Shown here in pieces: positions 1 to 10,309 of a DNA stretch of 64,000 nucleotides. The stretch is from an uncultured Holophagales bacterium (lineage in GTDB: Bacteria > Acidobacteriota > Thermoanaerobaculia > Multivoradales > UBA5704): positions 1,280,001 to 1,344,000 of the forward strand of contig CAWJGT010000009.1 of assembly GCA_963842525.1 (NCBI GenBank). Reading direction: 5' to 3'. The translations under genes were made by a program, and so were the position numbers. Positions within the stretch are counted from its first letter, which is position 1. Each line of letters opens with the position of its first letter. The notes beneath the pieces are model-generated. The model was given only the letters and a program-made list of their open reading frames with translations, searched no databases and was not told the DNA's origin.

Positions 1-2524
1 GCGCGTAGCCGGGGCCGACGCCGGCGCGCAGGCTCACCTGCCGCTGCCGGTCGAGCCGGTCCACGCGCGAGGCGGTCGTCACCTCCCGCAGGGTCACCAG
101 GCTGTCGAGGCGGACGAGCTTGCCGCTGGCGCTCGGCACGTAGAGGCGGCTGATCGCCCCGGGGTCGTTACGCTGTCCCTCGGCCAGCCGGAGCTCCACG
201 TCGTAGTCGTCGTTGACGTCGGGATCGTGGAAGCGTGAGACCTCCGCGTCGCCGCCGACCATGAGACGCAGGGCGGTGGCGATGTCGGTCATCTGCACAC
301 CCTGGTCGGCGGCGCGCGCGCGGTCGACCTGGACCTGGAGCTCCGGCTTGTCGAGCTTCAAGGTGGTGTCGGCGTCGACGATGCCGCCCAGCTCCTGGGA
401 TTTCTCGCGGAGCTGGTTGGCGTAGGCATTGAGCCTCTGGAGGTCGGGGCCGCGCAGGGCGAAGTCGATGTCGTAGTTGCCGCCGCCGATGTTGAACGAC
501 TGGACGTTGCGCACCGAGCTGCGGAGGTCCTCGAACTTGCGGAGGCGTCCCCGCACCTCGTTCATCACATCGGCCTGCGAGTAGTTGCCGCGGAAGGCGG
601 ACAGAGGATCGAGGCGCAGCAGGCTGCGCACGATGCGGCCCGCCGAAAGCTTCCTCTCCTCGTGCGGCGCGATCTGGACGTAGGCGTTCCCCTGGTTGAC
701 TCCGCCGAGGAACGAGCTGCCCGCTGTGGACAGCACGGTACGCACGCCGCGCACCTGCCGCAGCTCGGTCTCGACGGCCCGGATGGCCTCGTCCATCGCC
801 GCCAGGCTGGTCCCCTCGGGGGCGTTGACGTTGACCTCGAACTCCGACTCGTCGACGCCGCTCGGCATGTATTCCATGCGCACGACGCGGTAGAGCGGAA
901 CCGAGACGACGATCACCACCAGGCAGAGGAGAGCCACCCAGCGCCGGCGGACCAGGGCCGTGCGCAGCAGCCGCTCATAGAACCGGTCGAGCCGGGCGTA
1001 GAAGCCGGCGCGCGACTTCGGCGCCGGGCCGTGCTGGAGGGCGTCCGCGGAGCGCAGCAGGCGCGCGCTCATCATCGGCGTCAGGGTGAAGGAGACCAGC
1101 AGAGACACCAGCACCGCCGCCGCCGCCGTGATGCCGAACTGGAAGAGGAAGCGCCCCGAGATGCTCGACATGAACGACACCGGGACGAAGATCACCACCA
1201 GCGAGAACGTGGTCGCCAGCACCGCCATGCCGATCTCGGCGGTGGCCGCCCGCGCCGCCTCGAAGGTGGTCATCCGCTTCTCCTCGACGAAGCGGAAGAT
1301 GTTCTCCAGCACCACGATGGCGTCGTCGATCACCACGCCCACCATGAGCACCAGGGCCAGCATGGTGACGCTGTTCAAGGTGAAGTCCAGCGCCTTCATG
1401 ACGCCGAAGGTGGCGATCACCGAGGAGGGGATGGCCACGGCGGCGATGATCGTCGAGCGCCAGCTCCGCATGAAGGCGAACACCACGAGCGAGGCAAAGA
1501 TGCTGCCCAGGATCAGATGGATGTTGATCTCGTGGAGGGCCGCGTAGATGTAGCGCGACTGGTCGCGGATCACCTGAAGCTCCAGGTCGGCTGGGAGCTC
1601 GCCGCCGATCCGTCCCATGGCCTCCTTGGCCCCTTCGATCACCTCGACCGTATTCGCCCCCGACTGCCGGCGCACCTCCAGGGTGACCGTGGGCACGCCG
1701 TTCAGGCGGGCGAGCGAGCGCTGCTCCTTGGTGCCGTCCTCGGCCTGGCCGAGGTCGCGGATGCGTACCGGCTGGCCGTTGACCGTGCGCACCACGAGCT
1801 CGTTGAAGTCGCGGGCCTCGGCCACGCGGCCGAGGGTGCGCAGCGGCATCTCGCGCACCGCGCCGGTGACATTGCCGCCCGGCACGTCGCTGTTCTGGCG
1901 CACCAGGGCGTCGCGCACCGCGGTGATCGGGATCTGGTAGGCCTCCAGCCGGTCCGGATCGATCCAGACGTTGATCGCCCGCTCCAGACCGCCGACGAGC
2001 CGGACCTCGCCCACCCCGGGCGAGCGCTCGAGCTGCACCTTGACCACCTTGTCGGCGACCTCGGTCAGCTCCTTGAGCGACCGGTTGCCGGACAGGGCCA
2101 CGGTGAGCACCGGCGTGCTGTCGTTGTCGAACTTGGCCACGACCGGCGGCAGCGTGTCCTCCGGCAGGTCGCGGATCACGGTGGCGACGCGGTCGCGGAT
2201 GTCCTGCGCGGCAGAGTCGATGTCGCGATCGAGGTCGAAGGTGACGATCACGAAGGAGGTGCCGGCACCGGAGACGGAGCGCAGCTCCTGGATGCCTTCC
2301 ACCGTATTGACCGCCTCCTCGATCCGCTGCGAGACCTCGGTCTCGACCTCTTCAATCGAGGCGCCGGGCAGGGCGGTGCGGATCGAGACGGTGGGCAGGT
2401 CGACCGACGGGAAGCGGTCGACTCCCAGGCCGAAGTAGCTGGCCGAGCCGATCACGACCAGGGCCAGGATGATCATGGCCGCGAAGATGGGCCGGCGGAT
2501 ACAGATTTCGGCGAGCTTCTGCAT
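1..2524 (-). CDS. RND efflux transporter permease subunit (AcrB/AcrD/AcrF family), 3' end outside window
   Basis: Read manually on the minus strand from ATG at 2524: MQKLAEICIRRPIFAAMIILALVVIGSASYFGLGVDRFPSVDLPTV...; contains VGVVIDDAIVVLENI and FTLTPMMSA motifs; lies directly downstream of a membrane fusion protein gene. Confidence 0.95.
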   Translation of the reverse strand, partial: MQKLAEICIRRPIFAAMIILALVVIGSASYFGLGVDRFPSVDLPTVSIRTALPGASIEEVETEVSQRIEEAVNTVEGIQELRSVSGAGTSFVIVTFDLDRDIDSAAQDIRDRVATVIRDLPEDTLPPVVAKFDNDSTPVLTVALSGNRSLKELTEVADKVVKVQLERSPGVGEVRLVGGLERAINVWIDPDRLEAYQIPITAVRDALVRQNSDVPGGNVTGAVREMPLRTLGRVAEARDFNELVVRTVNGQPVRIRDLGQAEDGTKEQRSLARLNGVPTVTLEVRRQSGANTVEVIEGAKEAMGRIGGELPADLELQVIRDQSRYIYAALHEINIHLILGSIFASLVVFAFMRSWRSTIIAAVAIPSSVIATFGVMKALDFTLNSVTMLALVLMVGVVIDDAIVVLENIFRFVEEKRMTTFEAARAATAEIGMAVLATTFSLVVIFVPVSFMSSISGRFLFQFGITAAAAVLVSLLVSFTLTPMMSARLLRSADALQHGPAPKSRAGFYARLDRFYERLLRTALVRRRWVALLCLVVIVVSVPLYRVVRMEYMPSGVDESEFEVNVNAPEGTSLAAMDEAIRAVETELRQVRGVRTVLSTAGSSFLGGVNQGNAYVQIAPHEERKLSAGRIVRSLLRLDPLSAFRGNYSQADVMNEVRGRLRKFEDLRSSVRNVQSFNIGGGNYDIDFALRGPDLQRLNAYANQLREKSQELGGIVDADTTLKLDKPELQVQVDRARAADQGVQMTDIATALRLMVGGDAEVSRFHDPDVNDDYDVELRLAEGQRNDPGAISRLYVPSASGKLVRLDSLVTLREVTTASRVDRLDRQRQVSLRAGVGPGYA

Positions 2525-2539
2525 ACTCGACTCCTGAGC

Positions 2540-3757
2540 TTACGCCGCGATCCGGACCGACTGGCCGCCCACGAGGTTGCCGGGCTCGAGGACCACCCGG
2601 TCGCCGGCCGCGACCCCTTCGAGGATCTCGACCCGGTCGCCGGACCGCCGCCCGGTCCGCACCCTCTTCTCGACGACTTTCCCTGCCTCGACCGACATCA
2701 CCTTTTCAGTGCCGGCGAAGGTGATCACCGCGGCGGTGGGCACCAGCAGGGCCGGCTCGCCGGACTGCGTCACGATCTCGGCGCGGGCAAAGGCGCCGGG
2801 CCGCAGCCGGCCGTCCCGGTTCGGGACCTCGGCTTCCACCATGAGGGTGCGGTTGTCCTCGCTGATCGACGGGCTGATGCGGGCCACGCGGCCCTGGTGG
2901 GTTGCGGGATCGCCTTCGACATTCAGGCGGACCGTCTGCCCGGTCCGCACCGTGGCGGCCTCGCGCTCCGGCACCGCCAGGCGGAGGCGCAGAGGATGGA
3001 CCCGCACCAGCACCACAACCGGCTGGCCCGCGGCCACGTAGTCGCCGACGCCCGCCTGGCGCTCCCGGATCATGCCGTCGAAGGGAGCGACGAGCCGCGA
3101 GTCCGCCAGCCTTTGGCGGGCGATCTCCAGCTCCGAGGTGCGCTGGGCGAGGAGGTACTGGCGGCCGCGGGCGTCCTCGACCGCCTCCTGGTAGCGCGCG
3201 TCGGCCACCTGGAGGGCCGCCTCGGCGGCGTCCAGGTCGGAGCGGGGCACCAGCTCCTGGGAGAAGAGCGAGCCGACACGGTCGCGGGTGACCTGCGCCT
3301 GCTTGAGGTTGGCCGCGGCCTGCTTCACCACGGCGGTCTGCTCGGGAGCGAGGACCGTCTTGGGGTCGCCGGCCGCCAACCCGAGGCGGGCGCGCGCCTG
3401 GTCCAGGGCCGTCTGGGCCTGGACGATCTGCAGCTCGTAGTCGGTGGGCATCAGGCGGGCGAGGATCTGGCCGCGGTGCACGCGGTCCCCGAGGTCGACC
3501 AGCACGGCCTGGATCCGCCCCGGCACCTTCAGGCCCAGTTGGGCTTCCTCGTCGGCCGCCAGGGCGCCCGACACAACGACGGTGCGTGAGAGCTGGCCCG
3601 TCTCCGCCTGGGCCACCCGCACCTCGCGGGCTTCCTGCTCGCCGCCGCGCGCCTTGGCCTTGTCGGAGGCCGAGGCCTCCCGATCGTTGCCACACCCGGC
3701 CAGCAGGGCAGCGCCGCCGCAGGTCAGCAGCAGGACGACAAAAAACTTCCGCAGCAT
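2540..3757 (-). CDS. RND efflux periplasmic adaptor (membrane fusion protein), lipoprotein
   Basis: Lipobox LLAGC, GxIxxVxVxLGDxV hairpin start, APFDGMI, LRPGAF motifs; ATG at 3757. Confidence 0.93.
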   Translation of the reverse strand: MLRKFFVVLLLTCGGAALLAGCGNDREASASDKAKARGGEQEAREVRVAQAETGQLSRTVVVSGALAADEEAQLGLKVPGRIQAVLVDLGDRVHRGQILARLMPTDYELQIVQAQTALDQARARLGLAAGDPKTVLAPEQTAVVKQAAANLKQAQVTRDRVGSLFSQELVPRSDLDAAEAALQVADARYQEAVEDARGRQYLLAQRTSELEIARQRLADSRLVAPFDGMIRERQAGVGDYVAAGQPVVVLVRVHPLRLRLAVPEREAATVRTGQTVRLNVEGDPATHQGRVARISPSISEDNRTLMVEAEVPNRDGRLRPGAFARAEIVTQSGEPALLVPTAAVITFAGTEKVMSVEAGKVVEKRVRTGRRSGDRVEILEGVAAGDRVVLEPGNLVGGQSVRIAA

Positions 3758-3834
3758 CCTATCCCCCTCGAAAGGTCCCCCCGGAAGGGACACGAAAAAT
3801 CTCCAGCTTCAAACGGACGCAGGCGGGAAGAGCT

Positions 3835-4587
3835 TCACCGCCCCTGTGCCTGCTTTGCCACCGCCTCCGCCGCCTTCCGCGCCGCCTCGGGATCCCCGAG
3901 GTAGCTGCTGCGGACCGGCTTCAGATCCTCGTCGAGCTCGTAGACCAGCGGGATGCCGGTCGGGATGTTCAGCTCCACGATCTCCTCCTCCGAGACGCCG
4001 TCCAGGTGCTTGACCAGCGCCCGCAGGCTGTTGCCGTGAGCGGCGATCAGGACCCGCTTGCCCGCCCGCAGGTCGGGGACGATCGTCCCGTGCCAGTAGG
4101 GGAGGAAGCGGGCCACGGTATCCGCGAGAGACTCGGCGAGCGGCAGCTCCGAGGGCGGCAGGTCTGCGTAGCGCCGGTCCCAGCCCGGCCAGCGCTGGTC
4201 GTCGGGCGTCAGGGGCGGGGGAGGGGTCGCATAGCTGCGCCGCCACACCTTGACCTGCTCGTCGCCGTACCGTGCCGCCGTCTCCGCCTTGTCGAGCCCC
4301 TGGAGCGCGCCGTAGTGGCGCTCGTTGAGCCGCCAACTCCGGATCACCGGGAGCCACATCAGATCCATGTCATCCATTACGAGCCAGAGTGTCCGGATGG
4401 CGCGCTTGAGGAGCGACGTATAGGCCACGTCGAACGTATAGCCCCCCTCGGTCAGCAGGCGTGCCGCCTCGTGAGCCTCCTCGATCCCCTGGGGCGAGAG
4501 GTCCACATCGGTCCAACCGGTGAATCGGTTCTCCAAATTCCAGGTGCTCTGGCCGTGCCGCAGCAGGACAAGCTTGATCGTCTCCAT
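3835..4587 (-). CDS. gpmA: 2,3-bisphosphoglycerate-dependent phosphoglycerate mutase
   Basis: [46 protein letters not shown] motifs. Confidence 0.97.
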   Translation of the reverse strand: METIKLVLLRHGQSTWNLENRFTGWTDVDLSPQGIEEAHEAARLLTEGGYTFDVAYTSLLKRAIRTLWLVMDDMDLMWLPVIRSWRLNERHYGALQGLDKAETAARYGDEQVKVWRRSYATPPPPLTPDDQRWPGWDRRYADLPPSELPLAESLADTVARFLPYWHGTIVPDLRAGKRVLIAAHGNSLRALVKHLDGVSEEEIVELNIPTGIPLVYELDEDLKPVRSSYLGDPEAARKAAEAVAKQAQGR

Positions 4588-4684
4588 GAAGCGCCAACCT
4601 CCCTTTCGGTTCCGGGGGGAGGATACAACGGGCGGCGTGCGCGGCTATCATGCGCGGGAACGACGCAACGGGAGGGTCGACGCA

Positions 4685-5311
4685 ATGAAGATCGCAGTGA
4701 TGGGAACCGGAAGCGTGGGGAGCGCCCTGGGGCGCGCCTTCACGAAGGCAGGCCACGAGGTGATGTTCGGAGTGCGGGACGCGGGCAAGCCGGAGGTCCG
4801 GAAGCTCGTCCAGGAGACCGGCGCGAAGGCGGGGCCGGTCAAGGAGGCGGCGGATTTCGGCGAGGCGGTGGCTCTCGCGGTCCCCTGGGGTGCGGTCCGC
4901 GGGCTGATCCAGGAGACGAACGCCCTCGACGGCAAGATCGTCCTCGACTGCATCAACCCGCTCAACGCCAGCTTCTCGGGGCTGGACACCGGCGACGCCA
5001 CCTCGGCGGCCGAGCAGATCGCGGCCTGGGCTCCCACTGCCCGGGTGGTCAAGATCTTCAACAACACCGGCGCCGGCAACATGGCGAGCCCGGGGTACCC
5101 CGAGGGCGCCGCGGCCATGTTCTACTGCGGCGATGATGCGGGAGCGAAGGATGCGGCGGCACAGCTCGCCAAGGACATCGGCTTCGACGCGGTCGACGCC
5201 GGACCGCTGAGCAACGCCTACCTGCTGGAGCACCTCGCCATGCTCTGGATCACCCTCGCCTACAAGGTCGGGATGGGGAAGGACTTCGCCCTGCGGCTGA
5301 TGCGGCGCTGA
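4685..5311 (+). CDS. NADPH-dependent F420 reductase family oxidoreductase
   Basis: MKIAVMGTGSVG Rossmann start, LAVPW, DCINP, VVKIFN, CGDD, DAGPL motifs. Confidence 0.88.
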   Translation: MKIAVMGTGSVGSALGRAFTKAGHEVMFGVRDAGKPEVRKLVQETGAKAGPVKEAADFGEAVALAVPWGAVRGLIQETNALDGKIVLDCINPLNASFSGLDTGDATSAAEQIAAWAPTARVVKIFNNTGAGNMASPGYPEGAAAMFYCGDDAGAKDAAAQLAKDIGFDAVDAGPLSNAYLLEHLAMLWITLAYKVGMGKDFALRLMRR

Positions 5312-5321
5312 GGGAGGACGC

Positions 5322-6506
5322 ATGACGACGCGGGCCGCATCCGTAGTTTTGCCCCTTGCCGTCCTTGTTGTCCTTTTTGTCCTTGCCGCCACCGCCGCCC
5401 CCACCGTGCCAACCGGCCGGATCGACCTCTCGTTCCCCGGCCGCGACCCGGGCCTGGCCTGGGACGGCGAGGGCCGCCTCCATGGCGTCTGGGTGGAGGA
5501 GGCCGGCGGGTCCAACAGGGTGGTCTACCGGCGCCTGGACACGCCGGCGTCCCGGCCGGTGGCCGTCTCGCCTCCCGGCGCGACGGTGAGCGCCCATGGC
5601 GAGGTCCCGCCCCTGGTGGCGGCCCTGCCGGACGGCGCGCTGGTGGTGGCCTACACCGTCTCGCTCCCCGGCAAGTGGCAGAACGAGATCCGGCTCCAGC
5701 GCTCCACGGACGGCGGGGCTACCTGGAGCGCGCCGGCGCCGCTGCGGGCCGGCGGCGACACCGGCTCCCACAGCGAGCTTGCCGGCGCCGTCACCTCCGA
5801 CGGCAGCCTCGTGCTGGCCTGGCTCGATGGGCGTGAGGGGAGCCGGGGGCTGCGGACCGCCCGCAGCCGCGACGGCGTGCGCTTCGAGACGGGCCGGACG
5901 CTGGACGGGAAGACGTGCGAGTGCTGCGGCAACGCCGTCCTCGCGGGCGCCGGCGGCGACGTCTGGGTGGTCTGGCGCGACGCCTCTCCGCAGGGGGACC
6001 GCGACTTCGCCGTGGCGCGCAGCCGCGACAAGGGGGTCACTTTTGGGGCGCCGCGCCCGCTTTCGGCCGACGGCTGGCGGATCGAAGCCTGCCCGCACAC
6101 CGGCGCCCGGCTGGCCCTCGGAAAGGACGGCAGCCTCTGGGCGACCTGGTTCACCGGCGCCGACCCAGGCATCTATGCCGCGAGGTCCACGGACGGCGGA
6201 GCCACCTTCGGACCGCGGCAGCGGATCGCCGCGCCGGCCGCGGGCATCCCGAGTGTGGCCCATCCCGAGATCGGGGTCCTGCCGGACGGACGGATCGCCG
6301 TGCTCTACGAGGCCCTCAGCGCCAACGGTGACCGCAACCTAAAGGCGCGGCTGCGCGCGCCAAACGGCGCCTGGGGGCCTCCGGCCGTCGTCGCCACCTC
6401 CGCCGTCTACCCGCGCCTCGCCGTGCGGGACGGCCGGTCCGCCGTCGCCTTCACCCGCAGGAAAGGCAATGGCACGGAGGTGGTGGTGAAACATTTCCCG
6501 CCCTGA
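5322..6506 (+). CDS. Secreted BNR/Asp-box (sialidase-like) beta-propeller protein
   Basis: Signal peptide; Asp-boxes STDGGATW, SRDGVRF, SRDKGVTF, STDGGATF; CECC and CPHTG motifs. Confidence 0.8.
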   Translation: MTTRAASVVLPLAVLVVLFVLAATAAPTVPTGRIDLSFPGRDPGLAWDGEGRLHGVWVEEAGGSNRVVYRRLDTPASRPVAVSPPGATVSAHGEVPPLVAALPDGALVVAYTVSLPGKWQNEIRLQRSTDGGATWSAPAPLRAGGDTGSHSELAGAVTSDGSLVLAWLDGREGSRGLRTARSRDGVRFETGRTLDGKTCECCGNAVLAGAGGDVWVVWRDASPQGDRDFAVARSRDKGVTFGAPRPLSADGWRIEACPHTGARLALGKDGSLWATWFTGADPGIYAARSTDGGATFGPRQRIAAPAAGIPSVAHPEIGVLPDGRIAVLYEALSANGDRNLKARLRAPNGAWGPPAVVATSAVYPRLAVRDGRSAVAFTRRKGNGTEVVVKHFPP

Positions 6507-6591
6507 TGCCATTGCGGGGAGGGAGGCCTCTGACCATTCCGAAGATTCCGGCGAGCCGACGCCGTGGACGGAGCTGCTCGCCGCGGCGCGG

Positions 6592-9500
6592 CTACGCCGT
6601 CCGCCGCTCTTCGGGCTGGACGTCTTCCATCTCGACGGAGACGAGCTTCGAGACGCCCTTCTCTTCCATGGTCACGCCGTAGAGCGTGCCGGCCACCTCC
6701 ATCGTCAGCTTGTTGTGGGTGATGACGATGAACTGTGTCTGGTGGGCCATCTCGGCCAGCAGGTCCACGAAGCGGGTGGTGTTGATGTCGTCGAGCGGCG
6801 CGTCCACCTCGTCGAGGATGCAGAAGGGGGACGGCTTGCTGCGGAACAGTGCGAAGAGCAGGGCGATCGCCGTCAGCGCCTTCTCGCCGCCGGACATCAG
6901 CATCAGGTTCTGCAGCCGCTTGCCCGGCGGGCGGGCGAGGATCTCGATGCCGCTTTCGAGCGGGTCCTCGTCGTCGAGCAGGCGCATCTCGGCCTCGCCG
7001 CCGCGGAACAGGCGGGCGAAGGTCTCGCCGAAAGCCACGTTGACCTCCTGGAAGGTGGCGGCGAAGCGCTCGGCCGAGGCCTCGTTGATCTCGCGGATGG
7101 TCTTACGCAGGCTCTCGACCGAGGTGGCCACGTCGGTGCGCTGCTCGGTCAGGAACGTGAAGCGGGTCTCCTGCTCGTCGTGCTCCTGGACGGCCAGGAC
7201 GTTGACCGGGCCGAGGCGCTCCAGAGCGGCCTTGCAGCGGGCGAGCTCCGCTTCGTGCTCGGCCAGGTCCGTCTGCGCCTCGCCCGGCATCTCCGGCAGC
7301 GGACGCTGGAAGTCCTCCTGGAAGGTGAGGGAGAGGTGCTCGGCGTCCTGCCGCAGGCCGGCGTGGGCGACGCGCAGCTCTTCGATCTCGCTGCGCACGC
7401 CCTCGCGGCGGTCGCGGGTGGCCGCGATGCGCTCTTCCAGCCCGCGAATCTCCTGGCGGTGCATGTCGAGCCGCTCCTGCTCGTCGAGAACTCCCTCCTC
7501 GGCGGCGGCCCGCTGCTCCAGCGCGCGCTGCAGGTCGGCCTCGGCCTGCTCGATGGCGGCCTCCAACTCGCGGCGCCGCACGGCCAGCTTGTCGGCGTCC
7601 TCGCGCCAGATGGAGACCTGCCGCTGGCCGCGCTCGATCTCACCGCGCACCCTGCGCCTCTTCGCGGTCGTGCGACTCCAGCCGCTCTTCGAGCAGCTCC
7701 AACCGGCCGCGCCGTCCGGCGCTCTCGGTGCGCAGGGCCTCTCGGTGGCTCTTCGCGGCTTCGAGCTCGGCCTGGGCGCGATCGAACGCCTCCTGCAGGG
7801 CCGCATTGCGCTCTTCGGCGGCGGTCAGCTCCTCCTGGATCTGCAGGCGCCTTTCGTCGACCCGTGCGAGCTCGCGGGCCAGGGCCTCCTGCTCGCCGGT
7901 CAGGGTCTCCTGCTCGGCGGTGAGGCGGCGGTGGCGGGTCGACAGATCCTCGTGCCGGGCGCGGCCGACCGCCAGCTCCTGGCGAAGCTGTGAAATTTCG
8001 CCCTGGAGACGGTTCGACTCCCGGGCCAGGGCGGCGCGCTCGCCGACCAAGCGCTCGAGCTCGGTGCCGACCTCGCGGAGCTGCCTTTCGACCTCGGGGA
8101 TCGACTTCGCCAGCGCGGCCAGCTCGCTCTCGCGCTCCAGCACGCCCGGGGTCGCTACCTCGCCTTCGACGTGGAAGGTGCCGGCCTGCACCCAGACCCC
8201 TTCGCGGCTCAGGAAGGCGAAGCCGGGATGGAGCCCGGCGAGCCGCTCGGCATCGCGCGCGGAGCGGACCAGGAAGGCCGGCGGCAGGGCGGCGGCCAGA
8301 TCCTCGGACAGGCCGAGGGCCTCGCCCAGGGAGAGGACCACCGCCGGATCGTCCACCATGGGAACGGCGCCCTCGTCCGCAGCCATCGGCCGGCGCTCGA
8401 TCAGCGTCGCGGCCGAGCGGCCGGCAAGGGCCTGGGCAAGGCCAAGGGCGCTGGCGCCGGTGTCCAGGAGGACGGCGTCGGCGAGGCTCCCGAGATAGAC
8501 GTCGAGAGCGCGCTCCCACCCTTCGAGGGCGTGCGCCTGGCCGGCCAGGTAGACCGGCGTGGACAGGCCGGCCGCGGCCAGGGCCTTTTCCAGAGCCGCC
8601 CGACGCTGGGCATGGGCGCGCGAAAGCTCCTCCAGGATGCGCTGGCGCTGCCGGGCGCCGGAGAGGTGGTTCTCCAGACCGCGCTTGCGCTCGGTGGCCT
8701 CGGCCTCGCGGCGCATCGTTGTTTCGAGGGACTCGGCGACCCGCTCCTGCTCGTCGGTCTTCGTCTCCAGGGCGCTTTCTGTCGAACGCACCCGGGACTG
8801 CGACATCTCCAGCGCCTCGGCCGCCTGCTTCAGCTCGTGCGCGTGCTGCGCCAGCTCGCGGTCCAGGTGATGGCGGCGGAAGTTGCCGCGCTCCAGCTCG
8901 AGCTGGGCCTGCTGGGTGCGCTGGCGGAAGGTGTTGATCTCGTCGGCGGCGCCGAGGAGCTGGCCGCGCGTGGTCTCGACCCGCGCTGCCACCTGTTTCA
9001 GGTCCCGCTCGGCCGCGGCGATCTGCTGCTCGTCCTGGTCGACTGCGAACGCTGCCTGCTCGCGCTCGGCGGCCAGCTCGCGCCGCCGCTCCTCCAGGGA
9101 GGTGAGCACCTGCACGAAGGTCTCGATCTCCTGCTCCCGGCGGTCGGCCAGCGTCCGTCCCTCGGTCGCCCGTTCGGCGATCTCCTGGACTGTCTGGCGG
9201 TTGGCCTTGAGGAACTCCTGCCGGCCCTCGATGGTGGCGGCGAATTCAGACATCCGCTGGTGGCGCTCGGCCATGTGGCGCGCCAGCTCGTCGAGCCGCT
9301 CGCGGCCGGCCACCAGGGCCGCCTCGTCGCGGTGCAGGTCGGCCGCGAGCCCCGCCTCGCGGGTTCCCGCCTCCTCGATCCGCGCCCGCAGCTCGGCAAG
9401 GCGGGCGGAGAGCGAGCTCCAGCGGCCGAGGAGGACCTGCTCCAGGAGCTGCCGGTACTCGACCTCCTTCTCCTGGTAGCGCCGGGCCGCGCTCGCCTGG

Positions 9501-10123
9501 CGCTTGAGCGACCGGAGGGCGCGCTCGACCTCGGAGATCACGTCGTCGAGCCGGAGCAGGTTGGCCGTGGCCTCCTGGAGCTTGACCTCGGCGATGCTCT
9601 TGCGCGCCTTGTAGCGCGTGATCCCGGCGGCCTCCTCGATCAGCTTGCGGCGCTCCTGGGGCTTGCCGGAGAGGATCATTCCGATCTTGCCCTGCTCGAT
9701 GACCGAATAGGCCCGGATGCCCAGGCCGGTGTCCATCAGCAGGTCCTTGATCTCCTTCAGGCGGACCAGCTTGCCGTTGATGCGGTACTGGCCCTCGCCG
9801 CCACGGTAGACCCGCCGGCTGATGGAGATCAGGCCCTCGTCGGAGCGGGGGAACGACGGATCGGTCCGCAGCACCAGGCAGCACTCGGCCATGCCCAACG
9901 GCTTGCGCTGCTCGGAGCCGTTGAAGATGACGTCCTCCATCGTGCCGCCGCGCAGGCTCTTGGCGCTCTGCTCGCCGAGCACCCAGGTGATGGCCTCGGA
10001 GAGGTTGCTCTTGCCGCAGCCGTTGGGGCCGACGATGGCGGTGGTACCGCCCGCGAAGTGGACGGTGACGGGATCAACGAAGGACTTGAATCCGGAGATC
10101 TCTAGGCGTTCGAGCTTGAGCAT
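6592..10123 (-). CDS. smc: Chromosome segregation protein SMC (one frameshift near 7640-7660, probably a sequencing error)
   Basis: GFKSF, Walker A GPNGCGKSN, long coiled coils, signature MSGGEKALT, Walker B ILDEVDAPLD, QFIVITH; split over ORFs 7640..10123 and 6592..7806. Confidence 0.95.
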
Positions 10124-10216
10124 CGTGGAAGACCTCTCGTCCGTGGGGAAGAGAGTAACCCAGGCACCGCAGATGGGGGAAGTCTAGGAAACAGCCACTA
10201 GATGTGGTAGGGCTTT

Positions 10217-10275
10217 CCTCACCCCCTGGCCCCCCTCTCCCATCTCCCTTCCCAACCTCCGCCGGGAGAGGGGGA
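10217..10275. repeat. REP-like palindromic element, family A (intergenic copy)
   Basis: cctcaccccctggcccccctctcccat...ccgggagaggggga; related copies at 10600, 10688, 16406, 17130, 39462, 41028, 57225, 57751, 57860. Confidence 0.85.
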
Positions 10276-10309
10276 ACCGCTGCTGGCAGAAGCGGATACG
10301 CTCTCGTCC

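Noticed and set aside
662-3589. Long antisense ORFs (e.g. 662..3589, 25413..28376, 52203..55430)
   Set aside because: These are shadow ORFs opposite real genes, expected from high-GC codon bias, and have no recognisable motifs.
7630-7670. Programmed frameshift or pseudogenisation of smc (likewise pyrB at ~18630)
   Set aside because: Single-base indels are scattered through many conserved genes with no slippery motifs, which is best explained by long-read errors.
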